Assembly: GCA_017618595.1 (NCBI GenBank)
Contig: JAFZTZ010000032.1
Span: 1-51,436 of the forward strand
From: Alphaproteobacteria bacterium
GTDB taxonomy: Bacteria; Pseudomonadota; Alphaproteobacteria; Rs-D84
Length of the DNA: 51,436 nucleotides
Direction of reading: 5' to 3'
In this document: one piece after another, positions 46,653-51,436 of the stretch
Layout: each line of letters opens with the position of its first letter
Position numbering within the stretch: position 1 is the stretch's first letter
The notes under the pieces: generated by a model
Database searches by the model: none
What the model saw: the letters and a program-made list of their open reading frames with translations, nothing else
Told to the model about the DNA's origin: nothing
Program-made: the position numbers and the translations under genes

Positions 46653-47844
46653 ATTTAGAATTTTTTCGCCCAGGTATCGTTCGGAAATTACCGCACAGTC
46701 CGGGGGCGGTGTTGTAGAGGTTTTATTGGCATTCATAATCATTGCCGTTGCCGCACCGTTTACATATTCTATGATTACCGAAGCAACGCATAATATGCAT
46801 AATATGGCAATCGCAAATGACATAATTAGTTTGCGTAGCGGTGTATTAAACTTTATTCGTATAAATCAAGATTTATGGCCTGATGTTGCGCAGATAAAAT
46901 TGTCCGAAGAAGAATTGGCCGAATTTTCTGATGTAATTGCATCTGGGTTCATAGATAAATATTCTGTTCGTGGCGGCATAATCATAGATGCGTATTTGGC
47001 GTTTGATTTTAATTTGCCGACAAAACGTGTTGCACAGATTGCAAAAAATATTGGTGGTGATGCGGCGTTGGTTGGCCCCGATGGCATTGCATACGGAGAT
47101 TCGTGGGCGGTTACTGCACCAGATTTTCAAGAAGGCAATTTGGTTTACAAAATAACGCGTAATTTATCAGACATTGATATGGCACGATTCTTGCATCGTG
47201 GGTCATCGGGTGATGATAACCTGAATATGATGGAACGTGATTTAAATATGGGCGGACACGATGTCTATAACGTTGGTGGAATTGTTGCGAAATCATTACA
47301 GGTCCGCAATTTAGACGCGACATTTGTAAATTCAGATACTGTTGATGCAAAAAATGTTTATTTTTCATCGGGCGCAAATGTTAATGGTGATAATGTTAAA
47401 TTTGGTGTGTTGCGTGTTTCTGGTGATATAAACGGTTTCCGTAATATAGAGGCCCAGCGTATAAATAATTCCGCATATACGGTTAATGGTCGTATAATCA
47501 CAGATCGTGCAACGATAAATAAAAGCGTAAATGTTGCACATGACCTTACATTAAAATCAACAACAGTGCGAACAATAAGTGGTTTCGCCGGTATGACGGT
47601 TGGTTCCGTTTATGCGCCATATATAAACACCACAGAAATAACATTTTATGAAAATTTTGGGCTAACGGTGTCGGGTGAATTATTGTTGTCGACAACCGCA
47701 CCAATAAAATTGGGTTCGTGGAGTTTCCCATCCACAACCCCACCATCATTCAAGGTATTAAATTTAACACGTGCGTCAATTCCGGCAATGCCAGAATCCG
47801 ATGAGTTTAACAGTATATTAGAAAGCGGTTGGAAAACAAAATGA
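46639..47844 (+). CDS. Large pilin-like protein B (paralog of A and C)
   Basis: N-terminus ...AQSGGGVVEVLLAFIIIAVAAPF. The motif FLHRGSSGDDNLNMMERDLNMGGHDVYNVGGIVA (LNMGG core at nt 47242) is followed by N/V/S/T/G-rich beta-type sequence. RBS AGAGGGCGG. 14-nt overlap with A. Confidence 0.6.
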   Translation: MIVNKFRIFSPRYRSEITAQSGGGVVEVLLAFIIIAVAAPFTYSMITEATHNMHNMAIANDIISLRSGVLNFIRINQDLWPDVAQIKLSEEELAEFSDVIASGFIDKYSVRGGIIIDAYLAFDFNLPTKRVAQIAKNIGGDAALVGPDGIAYGDSWAVTAPDFQEGNLVYKITRNLSDIDMARFLHRGSSGDDNLNMMERDLNMGGHDVYNVGGIVAKSLQVRNLDATFVNSDTVDAKNVYFSSGANVNGDNVKFGVLRVSGDINGFRNIEAQRINNSAYTVNGRIITDRATINKSVNVAHDLTLKSTTVRTISGFAGMTVGSVYAPYINTTEITFYENFGLTVSGELLLSTTAPIKLGSWSFPSTTPPSFKVLNLTRASIPAMPESDEFNSILESGWKTK

Positions 47845-49154
47845 AATACAGAAATCGCATCTTTTCAAATTTATTTTCAAATCGTGGAACGGTGCTGATA
47901 GAATTTTTGCTGACCATTGGTTTGGCGGCGACGCTAATGCCATTTATATACAGTTATCAACAACGCGCAATTATGCGTGCAGAAAATCTAAAAGTTGCAC
48001 GCAATATGCAAAAAATACAAACGGTATTGGAACGTTATATTGTTGAAAACAAAGATAGTATGCTGACCACCGTTGGTCGCACAATATTTAGGTTGGAATT
48101 GGCCGATTTAGTTGCATATGGATTAGATGAAGAATTTGTAAAAGCATCCAAAGACAAATACCAATTGCGAATTTTGAAATCTGTGGATGCTAGCGATCAG
48201 GCCGCACTTCAGGGAATCATAGTGTTTGATGATGCCGACATTACGCCAATTCGCACGCGTGAAATCGTGCAAATGGGGGATGATAAAATTGGATTTATTG
48301 ACGGAACCAAGGGATACGGTGGGTTCGGAACATGGCGCACCGATATGGTCGATTTAGATATTGAAAATAAATCAGGCATTATTCAAACAACCGCAATAAA
48401 TCGTGATAATTCATTATATTTGTGGCGTGTGCCGTCTGAATCTGCGGCAGATGCAACGATGTTGTCGGCATTGAATATTGGAAATCGTGATATTAAAAAT
48501 GCAACATTTGTAAATGCCGCCGGGTTATCATTGGGCGAATTGTTGGATACACAAAAAATATCAACAAACGATTTGATATTTACAAACCGTACAACCATAG
48601 ATTCAACATTTAATACGCCAATTGCTGTTGTGTCGGGTGCGATGTCGGGCGATTCAAAAAATATCTCGGTATCCGGGACATTAAATCTTGCCGACATGGC
48701 CAAGGTTTCAAATCTTACCGTTGATAATTTATGGGTTAATAACTTATCACTTGGCAGCCTATCCACCCCCAGCGACAGCGTTTCAACATTGCGCGCGACG
48801 GGCTCGCTGGATATGACCGAAGGCCGCGTAAGTGCGCTGTATGTAACGGTTGGTTTTACTGGGTCTTTGACACCGCGTCTTGTTGTTAAGAATAAAATTG
48901 TAGATTCAACAAATTCAAATTATTTTTGGGATTTGCAAAAAATGACTGCCAATTTTGCAGATATAAATTCACCGACTTTATCAGATATGGCACCCAAGAT
49001 ATTGCGCAAAGAATCTGTTTCGGGGTCTGTGGTGACACGAATATTTAGTAGTGTTGTCGCAAACAAGAATGCAACAATGGCGGACTTTTTGAATGCGATA
49101 CGTGATATTCAGCAAAATGTGCGTGGGAAATATCGCATGTTGAAATTGGAATAA
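47841..49154 (+). CDS. Large pilin-like protein C (paralog of A and B)
   Basis: MKYRNRIFSNLFSNRG followed by TVLIEFLLTIGLAATLMPF, with Glu at +5. Motif YLWRVPSESAADATMLSALNIGNRDIKNATFVNA (LNIGN core at nt 48471). ATGA overlap with B. Confidence 0.6.
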   Translation: MKYRNRIFSNLFSNRGTVLIEFLLTIGLAATLMPFIYSYQQRAIMRAENLKVARNMQKIQTVLERYIVENKDSMLTTVGRTIFRLELADLVAYGLDEEFVKASKDKYQLRILKSVDASDQAALQGIIVFDDADITPIRTREIVQMGDDKIGFIDGTKGYGGFGTWRTDMVDLDIENKSGIIQTTAINRDNSLYLWRVPSESAADATMLSALNIGNRDIKNATFVNAAGLSLGELLDTQKISTNDLIFTNRTTIDSTFNTPIAVVSGAMSGDSKNISVSGTLNLADMAKVSNLTVDNLWVNNLSLGSLSTPSDSVSTLRATGSLDMTEGRVSALYVTVGFTGSLTPRLVVKNKIVDSTNSNYFWDLQKMTANFADINSPTLSDMAPKILRKESVSGSVVTRIFSSVVANKNATMADFLNAIRDIQQNVRGKYRMLKLE

Positions 49155-49188
49155 TTTATGGTATAACAATTGTAAAACAGGACATAAT

Positions 49189-49707
49189 ATGAAAGTAAAA
49201 TGTGACGTTTGCAAAACAGAATATACATTAACCGATGTGCCAAATGGACCGGTGCGCTGCGCCGTCTGTGGCAATGTATGGACCCCACAACGTGCGGGGC
49301 GCCGTGCCAGTATAATGGTTTTTGTCGCGTCGTTGTGTGCATTGCTGGCGGCAACGGTGTTTGCGGTCGCGGTTATCATAACATCGCGCCGTGATGATCC
49401 AAATAAAAGACCGTTGGTCGCCACAATTACCAAGGTTGAAACAATAACTGATGCGGACGCACCAAAAATTACGGTTAATGGAACGGTAACAAATCGTTCA
49501 GATGATATTTATGGACTGCCAGATTTGGTAATTGTTCTGTATGATGCGTCGGGTTCACCAATTGCGCGCCAGAAATTTATGCCATCGGCAACATTGTTGG
49601 ACGCGGGGCAGTCGGTTGAATTTTCGCACACGATATCAAATGTTGCACCTGGCGTAAAACGTGTCGCGGTTGAACTATTGGAATCAGAGCAGGGAGGGGC
49701 GAAATAA
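49189..49707 (+). CDS. MJ0042-type zinc-ribbon membrane protein with a DUF3426-like C-terminal domain
   Basis: MKVKCDVCKTEYTL...VRCAVCGNVW carries two CxxC pairs. A TM segment (IMVFVASLCALLAATVFAVAVII) follows, then the C-terminal beta domain VNGTVTNRSDDIYGLPDLVIVLYDASG. Confidence 0.7.
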   Translation: MKVKCDVCKTEYTLTDVPNGPVRCAVCGNVWTPQRAGRRASIMVFVASLCALLAATVFAVAVIITSRRDDPNKRPLVATITKVETITDADAPKITVNGTVTNRSDDIYGLPDLVIVLYDASGSPIARQKFMPSATLLDAGQSVEFSHTISNVAPGVKRVAVELLESEQGGAK

Positions 49708-50168
49708 TGAAAAAATTAATTGCACTGTTTGCATGTGTATTACCAATGTGTGCGGCGTTTGGCGATAATCCGCCACCACCGCAACCACGGGTCAGTATTT
49801 TTTCAACAACAACAGATTGGTCGGCGCTGACCGGATTATCGTTGCGTCAATTTATTGGAAATTTCGAATGGAATAATTCTGATGTGAAACAGGGGCTGGT
49901 GTTATATTACCTGGATGCCTTTCCATGCTATGGCGAAGCAGACAGCGTTCGTGTATGGTTGGGACCAAATAACAAAAGCGAAGGTAAATTGCGTCTTGTA
50001 TGTGTGCATGCACCCAAAAGTATAAGTTTTGCATGGCGTAATGCGACGCGTGATGCGGACCAGGCACAAAGCAAGGGTATATTGACATGCCCGGTTAGTG
50101 GCGAATACGAATTAAAAATTGATATATCCAAATGCGCAACCGGTCCAGAATGGAAGGAATATAAATAA
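49707..50168 (+). CDS. Small secreted protein with four Cys in the mature part
   Basis: Signal peptide MKKLIALFACVLPMCAAFG followed by a PPPPQP linker. 1-nt overlap with the preceding gene (TAATG). Confidence 0.5.
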   Translation: MKKLIALFACVLPMCAAFGDNPPPPQPRVSIFSTTTDWSALTGLSLRQFIGNFEWNNSDVKQGLVLYYLDAFPCYGEADSVRVWLGPNNKSEGKLRLVCVHAPKSISFAWRNATRDADQAQSKGILTCPVSGEYELKIDISKCATGPEWKEYK

Positions 50169-50171
50169 CCC

Positions 50172-51125
50172 ATGACCGACACGCGTGATTTTGTTGTTGA
50201 TTTGGAATCCGCTGGGGTGCGACTGGATAAATTTTTGGTCGGCGTATTGCCCGAATTTTCACGCAGCGAGATTCAGCATTTTACAATTTCCCGTAACGGA
50301 AAAAACGCAAAGGTTTCTGACAAGGTCAAACCAGACGATAAAATTACGGTCACAATTCCCGATGCGCCAACCGATGTTGCCACCGATAACATATCTGACG
50401 ATATCGATTTGGATATTTTATACGAAGACGATGATATTATCGTTGTGAATAAACCGCGTGGGGTGGTTATGTACCCATCGGCGGGCAATAAAACCGGAAC
50501 ATTTGTTCAAAACATATTGTCGCATACACACCTGTCGGCGTTGGGGGGCGAAACTCGGCCGGGTGTTGTACATCGTTTGGACAAGGATACAAGTGGCGTT
50601 ATGGTTTTTGCAAAATCTGACGCGGCATATCGCGAATTGGTCAAGGTTTTTTCTACCCATAACTTGACGCGGAAATATGTCGCGTTTGTTTGGGGTGTGC
50701 CGAATTGGACGGGGGCGGATATTACTGGCAATATTGCGCGTTCTTCGCGGAACAGACAAAAAATGACCATGGTCAAGACCGGCGGCAAACCCGCACACAC
50801 CATTGTGGACGTTTTGGATGTGTGGACGCGTACCGGCGTATCGGAATTTCGTTGTACATTGATGACCGGGCGAACCCATCAAATCAGGGTGCATTTGTCC
50901 GCGCATGGTTTCCCGGTTCTGTGCGATCCAATTTATGGTCGGGCTGCCACTCGGTTGGGGTCGGTTCGTAATCCAGACCTGCTAGATTTCTTGAAAGAAC
51001 ATACCGGCCAGATGTTGCACGCCCAGATTTTAGAATTTGCGCATCCAATAACCGGCAAACCGATGAAATTTAAAACAGATTTGCCCGATGATATGTTGGA
51101 ACTGCGTGCGATTTTAGACGAGTAA
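50172..51125 (+). CDS. rluD: 23S rRNA pseudouridine synthase RluD (RluA family)
   Basis: N-terminal S4-like domain (RLDKFLVGVLPEFSRSEIQ), catalytic motif HRLDKDTSGVMVFAKS, and TGRTHQIRVHL. Confidence 0.92.
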   Translation: MTDTRDFVVDLESAGVRLDKFLVGVLPEFSRSEIQHFTISRNGKNAKVSDKVKPDDKITVTIPDAPTDVATDNISDDIDLDILYEDDDIIVVNKPRGVVMYPSAGNKTGTFVQNILSHTHLSALGGETRPGVVHRLDKDTSGVMVFAKSDAAYRELVKVFSTHNLTRKYVAFVWGVPNWTGADITGNIARSSRNRQKMTMVKTGGKPAHTIVDVLDVWTRTGVSEFRCTLMTGRTHQIRVHLSAHGFPVLCDPIYGRAATRLGSVRNPDLLDFLKEHTGQMLHAQILEFAHPITGKPMKFKTDLPDDMLELRAILDE

Positions 51126-51223
51126 TTATTTTTATAAAATTTTGGTGGCACGACCGACCACTTTTTTCTTTTTTTTTATTTGGTTGTATGATATAATTAA
51201 TTGATACCAAAAGGGGACCGAGA

Positions 51224-51436
51224 ATGAATATTCTGATAAAATATAGTAGTTTTTTGGCGGTTTTGTGCATGGTTGACGGCGCAAATGCGGCGATACGTGC
51301 GGGCGCACCACGAACAACATCGGCGGCATCGCCGCGTGTTTCGTTGGCGATTAAACCGACCCAGGGCGCTATGCAGGCACTTCGTATTCCAACGATGACA
51401 AAAACCGTAACAACGACTACGGCAACGACGACCGCA
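51224..51436 (+). CDS. Secreted Thr/Ala-rich protein, 5' fragment (runs off the window)
   Basis: Manual translation from the ATG at 51224 (RBS AAGGGGA): MNILIKYSSFLAVLCMVDGANAAIRAGAPRTTSAASPRVSLAIKPTQGAMQALRIPTMTKTVTTTTATTTA... It is open to the window end and absent from the ORF track. Confidence 0.5.
   Translation, partial: MNILIKYSSFLAVLCMVDGANAAIRAGAPRTTSAASPRVSLAIKPTQGAMQALRIPTMTKTVTTTTATTTA

Noticed and set aside
1-51436. CRISPR arrays, IS elements or transposases, integrases, rRNA genes, toxin-antitoxin pairs and recognisable phage-defence genes.
   Set aside because: I found no regularly spaced repeats, no DDE or tyrosine/serine recombinase motifs, and no rRNA-like sequence. The only repeats are those reported above.

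Overview
This 51.4-kb window is a chromosomal segment that looks alphaproteobacterial and somewhat genome-reduced. That assignment is an inference from gene content and order: rsmG-parA-parB, rpoH, yfgM-bamB-der, lptF/G-lptD-surA, skp-lpxD-fabZ, a DUF4167-like protein and an MJ0042-type zinc-ribbon protein. The standard genetic code fits, and genes are densely packed with many 1-4 nt overlaps. Most of the window is housekeeping: rsmG, parAB, pal, infC, xseB, mutS, truB, rpsO, pnp, ybaB, tRNA-Val, infB, nusA, lptF/G, lptD, surA-like, rlmN, dnaX, skp, lpxD, fabZ, rsmE, two pseudouridine synthases, rpoH, der. Two CDSs run off the window edges and are missing from the ORF track (1-1556 minus strand, 51224-51436 plus strand). 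The less ordinary content is as follows. (1) An operon at 45.3-50.2 kb encodes three large tandem paralogs (400-455 aa) with prepilin-like N-termini, then a Zn-ribbon/DUF3426-like membrane protein and a small secreted Cys protein; no pilus machinery is in the window. (2) A classical small type IV pilin and an OmpA-domain lipoprotein sit directly behind dnaX. (3) A VirD4/TraG-type coupling ATPase is tightly coupled to two lipoprotein genes, with no other T4SS genes nearby. (4) An accessory patch next to tRNA-Val holds a 25-bp duplication of the tRNA 3' end, a beta-rich envelope protein, a 615-aa Cys-rich surface protein with a 4 x 33-bp in-frame tandem repeat, and a TrpF-like gene fused into the nusA-infB operon. 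(5) rpsO carries an in-frame TAA at codon 17. (6) Two identical 12-bp perfect palindromes resembling parS lie upstream of parA. No CRISPR array, transposase, integrase or rRNA gene was seen.
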